From positions 1-28,159 of IMG/VR virus record IMGVR_UViG_3300005662_000165: DNA of 28,159 nucleotides, one strand, 5' to 3'. The notes beneath the pieces were generated by a model, which was not told where the DNA came from, made no database searches, and saw nothing but the letters and a program-made list of their open reading frames with translations. The stretch comes from a virus. Taxonomy: Duplodnaviria > Caudoviricetes. The translations under genes were made by a program, and so were the position numbers. This document shows positions 8,507-16,421 of this stretch, in pieces (within the stretch, counting starts at the first letter, position 1; every line of letters starts with the position of its first letter).

Positions 8507-9511
8507 ATGGCAGTTAAAAAGAAAGAATTTTCATTCGATGACATGAGGAATAAATATAGTTCCTCTACAACTTACAAACCAGACACATTCCTAAATTGCG
8601 GGCCAGCTTTTTTGGAGATGACTGGTATTCCAGGTCCAGCTGTTGGACACATTAACATGTTACTAGGTCACTCAGATACTGGTAAAACAACTGCTTTAAT
8701 TTTAGCGGCTATTTCGGCACAAAAACAAGGTATGATTCCAGTGTTCCTGGTTACCGAGAAAAAGTGGGATTTTAGCCACGCAAAATTAATGGGTTTAGAT
8801 TGCGACCAAGATCCCGCAACAGGTGAATGGGTTGGCCGATTCTTTTATCGTGACGACTTCTTTTACATTGAACAAATCACGGACTACATCAATAAACTAT
8901 TAGACGACCAAGCAAAAGGTGATATCCCATTTGATTTGGTTTTCTTCTGGGATTCGGTTGGTTCGGTTCCTTGTAAAATGACATTTGACGGTAAAGGTGG
9001 TAAACAACACACCGCTGGTGTATTAGCTGAAAAGATTGGTATGGGTATTAACCAACGAATCAACAGCACGAGGAAAGATACATCAGAATACACCAACACT
9101 ATGGTGGTTATTAACCAACCATGGGTTGAGTTACCAGATAGCCCAATGGGACAACCTAGGATCAAAGCTAAGGGCGGTGATGCATTCTGGTTGAACTCCA
9201 CAATCATTTTCTTATTCGGTAATCAGAAAAACGCTGGTACGACTAAAATTGACGCAACCAAAAATGGTAGAAAAGTTAAATTCGCGACAAGAACTAAAAT
9301 CAGTGTAATGAAAAACCACGTAAATGGTTTGGGTTATGGTGATGGTAGAATTATTGCAACGCCACATGGATTTATCTTGGATTCTAAAGAGGCCATCGAC
9401 CAATACAAAAAAGATTGCTCACAATACTGGGTAGATACTTTGGGCGCCGCTGATTTTGACTTATCAGAAGAAGTACCAACCAAATATCAAGAACCAGACT
9501 ATGAAGATTAA
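8507..9511 (+). CDS. uvsX: RecA/UvsX-like recombinase
   Basis: Walker A GHSDTGKT, Walker B FFWDSVGS, then VVINQ, KAKGGDAF and KISVMKNH. 334 aa, adjacent to the SSB. Confidence 0.88.
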   Translation: MAVKKKEFSFDDMRNKYSSSTTYKPDTFLNCGPAFLEMTGIPGPAVGHINMLLGHSDTGKTTALILAAISAQKQGMIPVFLVTEKKWDFSHAKLMGLDCDQDPATGEWVGRFFYRDDFFYIEQITDYINKLLDDQAKGDIPFDLVFFWDSVGSVPCKMTFDGKGGKQHTAGVLAEKIGMGINQRINSTRKDTSEYTNTMVVINQPWVELPDSPMGQPRIKAKGGDAFWLNSTIIFLFGNQKNAGTTKIDATKNGRKVKFATRTKISVMKNHVNGLGYGDGRIIATPHGFILDSKEAIDQYKKDCSQYWVDTLGAADFDLSEEVPTKYQEPDYED

Positions 9512-10550
9512 TAAACCAATCAGAAACAGAGTAATTAAAATTAACTCGTTACTTATTGATGGTGAATATCTTCTAAAACAAGGATTTCATGGTGCCAAAC
9601 ATTTGCAAGGTAAACACGGAAGTGTTGGCACCATTTTCCACTTTGTTAATACCATAAAGCGGTTCTACCAAGATTATGCTGTAACAAAAGTTGTGGTTTT
9701 TTGGGAAGGTAAGGGTTCTAAAGATTATAGAAAAGCTTATTATCCCTACTACAAAGAAAATCGTAATAATAAGGTTGACTTGGATGAGGCTTTTGATTTA
9801 GATCGACAAAGAATACGAATCAAACAATACCTCGAGGAATTATCGATACGACAGGTTGAGATTGATGGTTGTGAGGCTGACGATGGTATCGCATACTACT
9901 CAATGAACTCACCTAATGAAAGTAAAATAGTCTACACCAATGACCGTGATTTATTACAATTATTAGATGAAGATACTAAGGTTTGTTTAACAATCAAAGG
10001 TGCTAAAGTAATGATTAACATGGACAACTTTGATAGTTACTTTGATTACCACTATTCAAATGTCGGTATCATAAAAATGATTGCTGGTGATAGTAGTGAT
10101 AATATATCTGGTCTACAAAATGTTGGTGAACAAAAGGTTTTAAAATATTTCCCAGAGATAAAAACCAAACCAGTTGATCAAGATTGGGTGCTTAATAGAA
10201 CCAAGGAGTTATTAGTTGAAAAACCTGGTGACAAGACATTAAACGCGATCATAAATGGTGAAACTAAGTGGGGTACTTACGGGAGTGATTATTTTTCTGT
10301 AATGAATAAAATCATTAACCTTAAAGAGCCACATGTCACGGAAGAGTTAAAAGAGGCGATTAACGAAATGGTTAATGAAACCTTATCCCCAGAAGGGCGT
10401 GGTGGTATTAAAAAAATCATGGAAATGATGAAAGAAGATGAATTATTAAATTTTTTACCAAAAAATGATGACGCTTTCTTTGTTTTCTGGAGTTCTTTTA
10501 TTACTATTATAAAAAAGGAAGAAAATGATTACAACAAAAAAAACAAATAA
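9501..10550 (+). CDS. 5'-3' exonuclease / flap endonuclease (T4 RNase H or PolA N-terminal family)
   Basis: LLIDG, YRKAYYPYYKENR, GCEADD, TNDRDLLQL and GDSSDNISGLQNVGEQ (H3TH) motifs. The ATG at 9501 (11-nt overlap with uvsX) is preferred over the track's 9456 start. Confidence 0.9.
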   Translation: MKINKPIRNRVIKINSLLIDGEYLLKQGFHGAKHLQGKHGSVGTIFHFVNTIKRFYQDYAVTKVVVFWEGKGSKDYRKAYYPYYKENRNNKVDLDEAFDLDRQRIRIKQYLEELSIRQVEIDGCEADDGIAYYSMNSPNESKIVYTNDRDLLQLLDEDTKVCLTIKGAKVMINMDNFDSYFDYHYSNVGIIKMIAGDSSDNISGLQNVGEQKVLKYFPEIKTKPVDQDWVLNRTKELLVEKPGDKTLNAIINGETKWGTYGSDYFSVMNKIINLKEPHVTEELKEAINEMVNETLSPEGRGGIKKIMEMMKEDELLNFLPKNDDAFFVFWSSFITIIKKEENDYNKKNK

Positions 10551-10551
10551 C

Positions 10552-11013
10552 ATGGAAGACAAAAGAGAACAACGTAAATTCGAGTTTACACTTTATCTTA
10601 ACGACAACATAATCGTACAAAGATTCTTTAACATTATCGGTTTTAACCATAGAGCGATTAACTCGCTTAATTTCAAAGAAGCTGTTGATGACAACATGCG
10701 ATTGATTCAAAGTGTATTAAAAGACAGAACACTTGATTTTATCACTGAGCACCAAAGACAGTTCTCCGAGACCCAAGATTACGAGCAAAACAACTCTAAA
10801 GACGTTATGAAGATTGTTGTTAAGCAAGAGGGTAAAGTTATCGCATACAGAGAGTGGGATGCAACGATTTACCCAGTTAAAGTTAGATACACCGTAGACA
10901 TTCGCCAGCACATTTACGAATTAATCACAAGAGTACAAAAATGTCTCTGTACACCAACAAAAGAATTGGAAACAGAGTACATGGGTTACAACTTACAGGT
11001 TCAATTGGTATAA
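10552..11013 (+). CDS. Hypothetical 153-aa protein in the replication operon
   Basis: ATG 10552 lies 1 nt after the exonuclease stop (MEDKREQRKFEF...). No family recognised. Confidence 0.8.
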   Translation: MEDKREQRKFEFTLYLNDNIIVQRFFNIIGFNHRAINSLNFKEAVDDNMRLIQSVLKDRTLDFITEHQRQFSETQDYEQNNSKDVMKIVVKQEGKVIAYREWDATIYPVKVRYTVDIRQHIYELITRVQKCLCTPTKELETEYMGYNLQVQLV

Positions 11014-11029
11014 TAATAAAAAATTTTAA

Positions 11030-12454
11030 ATGGCTAGTATAATAAACAATTTTGAGGATTTAGGTAAAGACTTTCAACTACAATTATTAAATGAAATAAT
11101 TACAGACCATAAATTCGGCCAAGCAATAATCGATATTATTGACCCGAAGTATTTTCCATCCGAATCATTCCAACGGATAGCACACTTAATTAAAAAATAC
11201 CATAAAGACCACGATGTTCTTATGAACTTCCCAGCTTTAAGGCTTTTAGTTAATGAGGAAGTTGGGGCTTCCCAAGAAGCCTTGAGAACACAATTGGATG
11301 ACACAATTACTGACATTGAAAACTGTAAGGTTGGTAATTTAAATGTACAAAGCAACGCAAAAAAGTTTTGTAAGTTACAGTCAATTAGAAATGCTGTTAA
11401 CGAGATAAAATCCAAATTGGATCGCGGTATTGTCGCAGACTACGATGAGATTGAGAAAAAAATCAAAGACGCGATCACATTCAAAGAAGAACAAGATCCG
11501 ATACTCTTGTTCGATAATATAGAGAAAGTTTTATCAGAAGATTACCGTGACCCAGTACCAACTGGTATCCAGGGTATTGATGACTGTACTAAAGGCGGGT
11601 TATCAAAAGGAGAGGTTGGTTTGGTTATCGCACCATTGGGTGTTGGTAAAACTACTTTCCTAACCAAAGTAGCTAGCTCCGCTTTCTTAGAAGGTAAAAC
11701 AGTTTTACAAATCTTTTTCGAGGATAAAGAAGAGGCTGTACAAAGAAAACACTTCTCAGCTTTAACGAAAATACCGCTTAGCGAATTATCGGAAAACAAA
11801 TCGTTGATTCAAGCAAAGATCAAAGCGATTAAGGAAGAACATGAAAATAACTTGTTCTTACAAAAATTACCCTCAGACGGTGTTACAATCAACAAGATTA
11901 AGAACATCATCAAGAAGATCAACGCCAAGGGTAAAAAAGTGGACGTACTTGTTTTAGACTACATTGACTGTCTTTCTATGGAGAAAGAACATTCAAACTC
12001 AGAGGAGTGGTCTAATGAAGGTAAGATCATGAGAGCTTTCGAGAGTATGGTTGATGAAATGAACGTTGTTGGTTGGACAGCCACGCAAGGTAATAGAAGT
12101 TCAACAAGTGTTGAAGTGGTCAAAACCGAAAATATGGGTGGTAACCTTAAAAAGGCGCAGATCGCTCACTTTATTATGAGTATCGGTAAAACCCTTGAGC
12201 AAAAAGACCAAAAGATTGCGACAATCTCAATCCTTAAAAACCGTATGGGTGATGATGGTATGATCTTTAAAGACTGTTTATTCGATAATTCTAGAATCCT
12301 TATTGACACTAATGATGTGTTAACAGAAAAGGGTTTTGAGTCCCAGAAAAAGCAATCAAACGTTGAAGCTAGAAGAAGATATCTGGAAAGCGTTGCTGCT
12401 CAGGGGAATACAGAAAATGAGGGAAATACTTTAGAAATTCAAGAAAATATTTAA
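11030..12454 (+). CDS. dnaB: Replicative DNA helicase, DnaB/T4 gp41-like (SF4)
   Basis: VPTGIQGIDDCTKGGL, Walker A APLGVGKT, Walker B LVLDYID, WTATQGNR and LKNRMG. Confidence 0.92.
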   Translation: MASIINNFEDLGKDFQLQLLNEIITDHKFGQAIIDIIDPKYFPSESFQRIAHLIKKYHKDHDVLMNFPALRLLVNEEVGASQEALRTQLDDTITDIENCKVGNLNVQSNAKKFCKLQSIRNAVNEIKSKLDRGIVADYDEIEKKIKDAITFKEEQDPILLFDNIEKVLSEDYRDPVPTGIQGIDDCTKGGLSKGEVGLVIAPLGVGKTTFLTKVASSAFLEGKTVLQIFFEDKEEAVQRKHFSALTKIPLSELSENKSLIQAKIKAIKEEHENNLFLQKLPSDGVTINKIKNIIKKINAKGKKVDVLVLDYIDCLSMEKEHSNSEEWSNEGKIMRAFESMVDEMNVVGWTATQGNRSSTSVEVVKTENMGGNLKKAQIAHFIMSIGKTLEQKDQKIATISILKNRMGDDGMIFKDCLFDNSRILIDTNDVLTEKGFESQKKQSNVEARRRYLESVAAQGNTENEGNTLEIQENI

Positions 12455-12463
12455 GAATATTCG

Positions 12464-12482
12464 TACCTTTGTTCATATTTAT
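12464..12482 (+). promoter_or_regulatory. TACCTTTG (-7 Bacteroidota-type element) followed by ATATTTAT upstream of nrdB
   Basis: TACCTTTG at 12464-12471 and ATATTTAT at 12475-12482. There is no clear -33 TTG. Confidence 0.45.
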
Positions 12483-12505
12483 TTAAACAATAAAAAAATT
12501 AATTT

Positions 12506-13456
12506 ATGCAAGAACCTATATTACAGGAAAACCCTAACAGATTTGTTATTTTTCCTATCGAACACAACGACATTTGGGAGTTTTACAAACAACACCAAGC
12601 AGCGTTTTGGACCGCAGAAGAGGTCGATTTATCTAATGATATTAGAGATTGGCAGAACTTAACCGATAATGAAAGATATTTCATTAAGAACATACTTTCA
12701 TTTTTCGCTTCTTCGGATGGGATTGTGAACGAAAATCTTGCTGAAAATTTCTTGAAAGAAGTCCAATACCCAGAAGCTAAATTTTTCTATGGTATCCAAA
12801 TTGCGATGGAGAATATTCACAGCCTTATGTACTCTTTGTTGATTGATACGTACATCTCAAATCACCAAGAGAAGATTGAAAGTTTTAGAGCGTTAGAATA
12901 TTTACCCGCTGTACAGAAAAAAGCTAAATGGGCTTTGGATTGGATTGAAAACGCATCTTTTCAAGAAAGATTAATCGCTTTTGCGGCAGTTGAAGGTATT
13001 TTCTTTTCAGGGTCCTTCTGTTCTATTTTTTGGTTAAAGTCAAGAGGTTTGATGCAAGGCCTATGTAACGCAAACGCACTTATCTTTAAGGATGAAAATT
13101 TGCATTGCGATTTCGCAATCCATTTAACTAATAACCACGTTGTTAACAAACCAAGTGAGGCTAGAATTAAAGAGATTCTTTTATCAGCCCTAGAAATCGA
13201 AAAAGAGTTTATCACCGAGTCGTTACCAGTTTCACTCATTGGCATGAACTCAAACTTGATGAAACAATATCTAGAGTTTGTTACGGATGGTTTGTTGGTT
13301 AAATTTGGTTGTAAAAAAGAATTTAATGTTGAACAACCGTTCAAATTTATGGAGCAAATTGCCGTTGAAACAAAGGGTAATTTCTTCGAGTCTAGAACAA
13401 TGGAATACCAAAAAGCTAAATTGAATGAAAAAATTAGCTTTACGGATGATTTCTAA
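12506..13456 (+). CDS. nrdB: Ribonucleotide reductase class Ia beta subunit
   Basis: [38 protein letters not shown] (radical Tyr), [15 protein letters not shown] and KGNFFE...EYQ, ending FTDDF. Confidence 0.97.
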   Translation: MQEPILQENPNRFVIFPIEHNDIWEFYKQHQAAFWTAEEVDLSNDIRDWQNLTDNERYFIKNILSFFASSDGIVNENLAENFLKEVQYPEAKFFYGIQIAMENIHSLMYSLLIDTYISNHQEKIESFRALEYLPAVQKKAKWALDWIENASFQERLIAFAAVEGIFFSGSFCSIFWLKSRGLMQGLCNANALIFKDENLHCDFAIHLTNNHVVNKPSEARIKEILLSALEIEKEFITESLPVSLIGMNSNLMKQYLEFVTDGLLVKFGCKKEFNVEQPFKFMEQIAVETKGNFFESRTMEYQKAKLNEKISFTDDF

Positions 13457-13493
13457 TTAAAATTAAAAAAAAAAATTTAATACTAATAATAAA

Positions 13494-15905
13494 ATGATCA
13501 TACAAAAACGTAATGATGAGCAAGCGGCGTTTAATCCCACGAAGATTTTAACGAGAATCAAAAGAGCGGCAAAAGGTTTAAAAGTCAATACTGACGAAAT
13601 TTTTATTAAAGGGATAACATCTTTACCTAACGAAGGTGTTGTAACGACAAAAGAGATTGACAAGTTATTAGCGGAAATTTCAGCTTCTTACACAGGTAGT
13701 CATTACGACTACAGTAAGTTGGCGGCAAATATCGCAATCTCCTCTTATCACAAAGAGACCAACCCAAGTTTTAGCGAAACAATGAAATTGTTAGCTGAAG
13801 ATAGTATCATTAACGATGAGTTAATGAAAATAATTGAAAAATATGGTGCCGACAAGATTGATGCCGCTATTAATCACGACAGAGATCTCCAATTCGATTA
13901 TTTTGCTTGGAGATCCTTACATGAAATGTATTTAACAAAAACATCTCAGGGTAAACAAGTTGAAAGACCACAGCATATGTATATGCGAGTGGCACTATGG
14001 GTGACAAACTCATTTGAGGAAGCTATCGAATATTACGAGGCCTTATCAAACCAGTTCATCTCACCCGCGACACCTATTATGATTAACTCAGGGACCAAAA
14101 TCCCTCAATTAGCATCATGTGTTTTGCACTACAATAATGACGATTCTAGAAATGGTCTTTTGGATAGTTTGAGAGACATCTCTGTTTATTCAGCTGATGC
14201 GGCTGGTATTGGACTTTGTATGTCAAATATCCGCAGTAAAGAGAGTAGAATTAAAACATCAGGTGGGTTTGCTGGTGGTTTATTGAAGTACCTTAAAATC
14301 GTAAACGAATCACTTCGATTCTTTAATCAACAAGGTCGTAGACCAGGTAGTGCGGCTATCTATGTCGAGCCTTGGCATAAAGACATTTTTGATTTACTTG
14401 AAATTAAAAAGAACACTGGCGCTGAAGAACTTAGAGCAAGAGATTTGTTTACAGCGTTGTGGATTCCAGATAATTTCATGAGAGCTGTTGAAGAAGATGG
14501 TGATTGGTATTTATTCTGTCCGAATGATATCGTTAAAAACGGTTTAAAGCCACTTCAGGAGTGTTTTGGTGATGAATATGAGGCTAACTATAACAAAGCT
14601 GTTGAAATGGGCTTAGGTAAGAAAGTAAAGGCCCAGGACATCTGGATTAAAGTTATGGAATCACAAGTCGAGACTGGTGTACCGTATTTGTGTTCAAAAG
14701 ATAACGCTAACAAAAAAACAAATCACCAAAACATCGGTGTTATCAAACAATCTAACCTCTGTAACGAGATTTACCAATATACTGATGAGAAAACAACAGC
14801 TATTTGTACGCTATCATCTGTAGTTGTTAAAAACTATGTTAAGAACAAAACATTTGATTTCGATCAATTATTCTTTGAGGTTAGAAAAATTGTTAGGGCT
14901 TTGAACAAAGTTGTTGACATTAACTCTTACTCAACTGAAAAAGGTAAAAAAGGTGGTTTAGAACAAAGAGCCATTGCAATTGGTGTGCAAGGACTTGCTG
15001 ACGTATTCTTTTTAATGGACTATGTGTTTACTTCAGATGAAGCTAAAGAGTTAAATAAAAGAATATTTGAAACAATTTACTATGCTGCTATCACAGAAAG
15101 TAATGAATTGTGTCGTTCTGGTAAATACAAACCATATAAACACTTTAAAGGTTCGCCAATGTCAAAAGGGGAGTTCCAATTTGATATGTGGGGTGTTGAC
15201 CAAAACGATTTAATGTGGGATTGGGATTCACTTAAAGCATCAGTTAAGGAATATGGTGTATGCAATAGTTTGTTCACAGCACAAATGCCAGTAGCTTCTT
15301 CAGCTAAGATTACAGGTTCATATGAGATGACTGAGGTGATTCCATCAAACTTGTTTAATAGAAGAGTTGTTGGTGGTGAGTTCTTGATCGCTAATAGATA
15401 TTTGATTGAAGATTTTGAGGATTTAGGTATTTGGTCTGAACAATTTAAAAATGAAATCATTATGAATGAAGGTTCTATCCAAAATATTAACTTTAATAAG
15501 TTTTTGGATCCAACCGACAAACATTATGAGAAAAAAATTAAAAGAATTGAACACTTAATTCAAAAATATAGAACCATTTGGGAAGTTTCACAGAAAGAAT
15601 TGATCGACATGGCCGCTGATAGAGCACCATTCATTGACCAATCACAATCTATGAACGTTTATTTCCAAAGCCCAACAGTTCAAAAGTTATCCTCTAGCCA
15701 TTTCTGGGCTTGGAAACGTGGACTTAAGTCGCTCTGTTATTATGTTAGAACAAAAGCCATATCAACTGGAGCCAAGCACTTAGCAATTAATATCTCTAAC
15801 ACTGAAACACCAGTAGCCGCTGTTGCACCAAAACCAGAACCGATGGTTCAAGAGGTGTCAAAACCAGAAAACAGCCAATTTGATTGTTTTGGTTGTAGTG
15901 CTTAA
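13494..15905 (+). CDS. nrdA: Ribonucleotide reductase class Ia alpha subunit with N-terminal ATP cone
   Basis: ERPQHMYMRVA, ATP.MINSGT...QLASC, QQGRRPGS, SNLCNEI (thiyl Cys), AICTLSS, FIDQSQSMN and YYVRT, with a C-terminal CFGC redox pair. Confidence 0.97.
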   Translation: MIIQKRNDEQAAFNPTKILTRIKRAAKGLKVNTDEIFIKGITSLPNEGVVTTKEIDKLLAEISASYTGSHYDYSKLAANIAISSYHKETNPSFSETMKLLAEDSIINDELMKIIEKYGADKIDAAINHDRDLQFDYFAWRSLHEMYLTKTSQGKQVERPQHMYMRVALWVTNSFEEAIEYYEALSNQFISPATPIMINSGTKIPQLASCVLHYNNDDSRNGLLDSLRDISVYSADAAGIGLCMSNIRSKESRIKTSGGFAGGLLKYLKIVNESLRFFNQQGRRPGSAAIYVEPWHKDIFDLLEIKKNTGAEELRARDLFTALWIPDNFMRAVEEDGDWYLFCPNDIVKNGLKPLQECFGDEYEANYNKAVEMGLGKKVKAQDIWIKVMESQVETGVPYLCSKDNANKKTNHQNIGVIKQSNLCNEIYQYTDEKTTAICTLSSVVVKNYVKNKTFDFDQLFFEVRKIVRALNKVVDINSYSTEKGKKGGLEQRAIAIGVQGLADVFFLMDYVFTSDEAKELNKRIFETIYYAAITESNELCRSGKYKPYKHFKGSPMSKGEFQFDMWGVDQNDLMWDWDSLKASVKEYGVCNSLFTAQMPVASSAKITGSYEMTEVIPSNLFNRRVVGGEFLIANRYLIEDFEDLGIWSEQFKNEIIMNEGSIQNINFNKFLDPTDKHYEKKIKRIEHLIQKYRTIWEVSQKELIDMAADRAPFIDQSQSMNVYFQSPTVQKLSSSHFWAWKRGLKSLCYYVRTKAISTGAKHLAINISNTETPVAAVAPKPEPMVQEVSKPENSQFDCFGCSA

Positions 15906-15926
15906 ATTAAAACACTGATTACATTG

Positions 15927-15956
15927 AAATCCCGTCATATTGGCGGGATTTTTTTT
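15927..15956 (+). terminator. Rho-independent terminator after nrdA
   Basis: AAATCCCGTCA-TAT-TGGCGGGATTT hairpin (one G:U pair) running into a T8 tract. Confidence 0.88.
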
Positions 15957-15980
15957 ATTTACAAAAAATAAAATATACCG

Positions 15981-15993
15981 ATATTTATTTATA
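15981..15993 (+). promoter_or_regulatory. ATATTTAT/TATTTATA motif, candidate late promoter for the baseplate operon
   Basis: ATATTTATTTATA lies between the nrdA terminator and ATG 16002. A new promoter is expected here, and no TAnnTTTG is present. Confidence 0.5.
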
Positions 15994-16001
15994 AAAGATT
16001 T

Positions 16002-16418
16002 ATGGCAATAAAAAAACAAACATTTGGTATAGATTTCCCGTTCGTAAATTCGAATGTTGGAGATTATGTTGGTTTAACAACAGTACCTGAGTCAGAGGTT
16101 AAGGCCATGCTAATTCACTTATTATTAACAAGAAAGGGTTCTAGGTATTTTTTACCAGATTTCGGTACCAATCTATATCAATATGTGTTTGAACCTTTGG
16201 ATGATATTACTTTAGGTAAAATTGAAACGGAAATCCAGGATGCGGTGGAGAAATATATACCTAACCTTAAATTAAATGATGTTATTATCACCAGAGTTGG
16301 CGATGAGGGACAGTATAAGAACGATACTGAAAGAGAACATCAAATAAGAATTAATCTTGATTATACAATAACAACTAAAACGTTCCAAACAAGCGATAAA
16401 CTATCTATAACAATATAA
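16002..16418 (+). CDS. Baseplate wedge subunit, T4 gp25/GpW-like
   Basis: LLLTRKGSRYFLPDFGTNLYQYVFEP...IQDAVEKYIP. 138 aa, directly upstream of a gp6-like gene. Confidence 0.9.
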   Translation: MAIKKQTFGIDFPFVNSNVGDYVGLTTVPESEVKAMLIHLLLTRKGSRYFLPDFGTNLYQYVFEPLDDITLGKIETEIQDAVEKYIPNLKLNDVIITRVGDEGQYKNDTEREHQIRINLDYTITTKTFQTSDKLSITI

Positions 16419-16421
16419 AAA

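Noticed and set aside
10530-10552. A8 run (A AAA AAC slippery motif) at the end of the exonuclease gene, possible frameshift fusion to the next ORF
   Set aside because: A -1 shift gives only a short extension, while the next ORF is in the +1 frame and has its own ATG 1 nt after the stop. No stimulatory structure is evident.
13465-13475. A11 homopolymer between nrdB and nrdA as a phase-variation site
   Set aside because: It is intergenic and fits the A-rich translation leaders used throughout. Nothing in the sequence indicates length variation.
8507-15905. Introns, inteins or homing endonucleases in uvsX, helicase, nrdB and nrdA (usual hotspots)
   Set aside because: Protein lengths are normal, motifs are contiguous, and no intein or endonuclease signatures were seen.
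12506-15905. Eukaryotic giant virus origin suggested by the eukaryote-like RNR
   Set aside because: Peptidoglycan hydrolases, baseplate genes, overlapping operon structure and intrinsic terminators indicate a bacteriophage.
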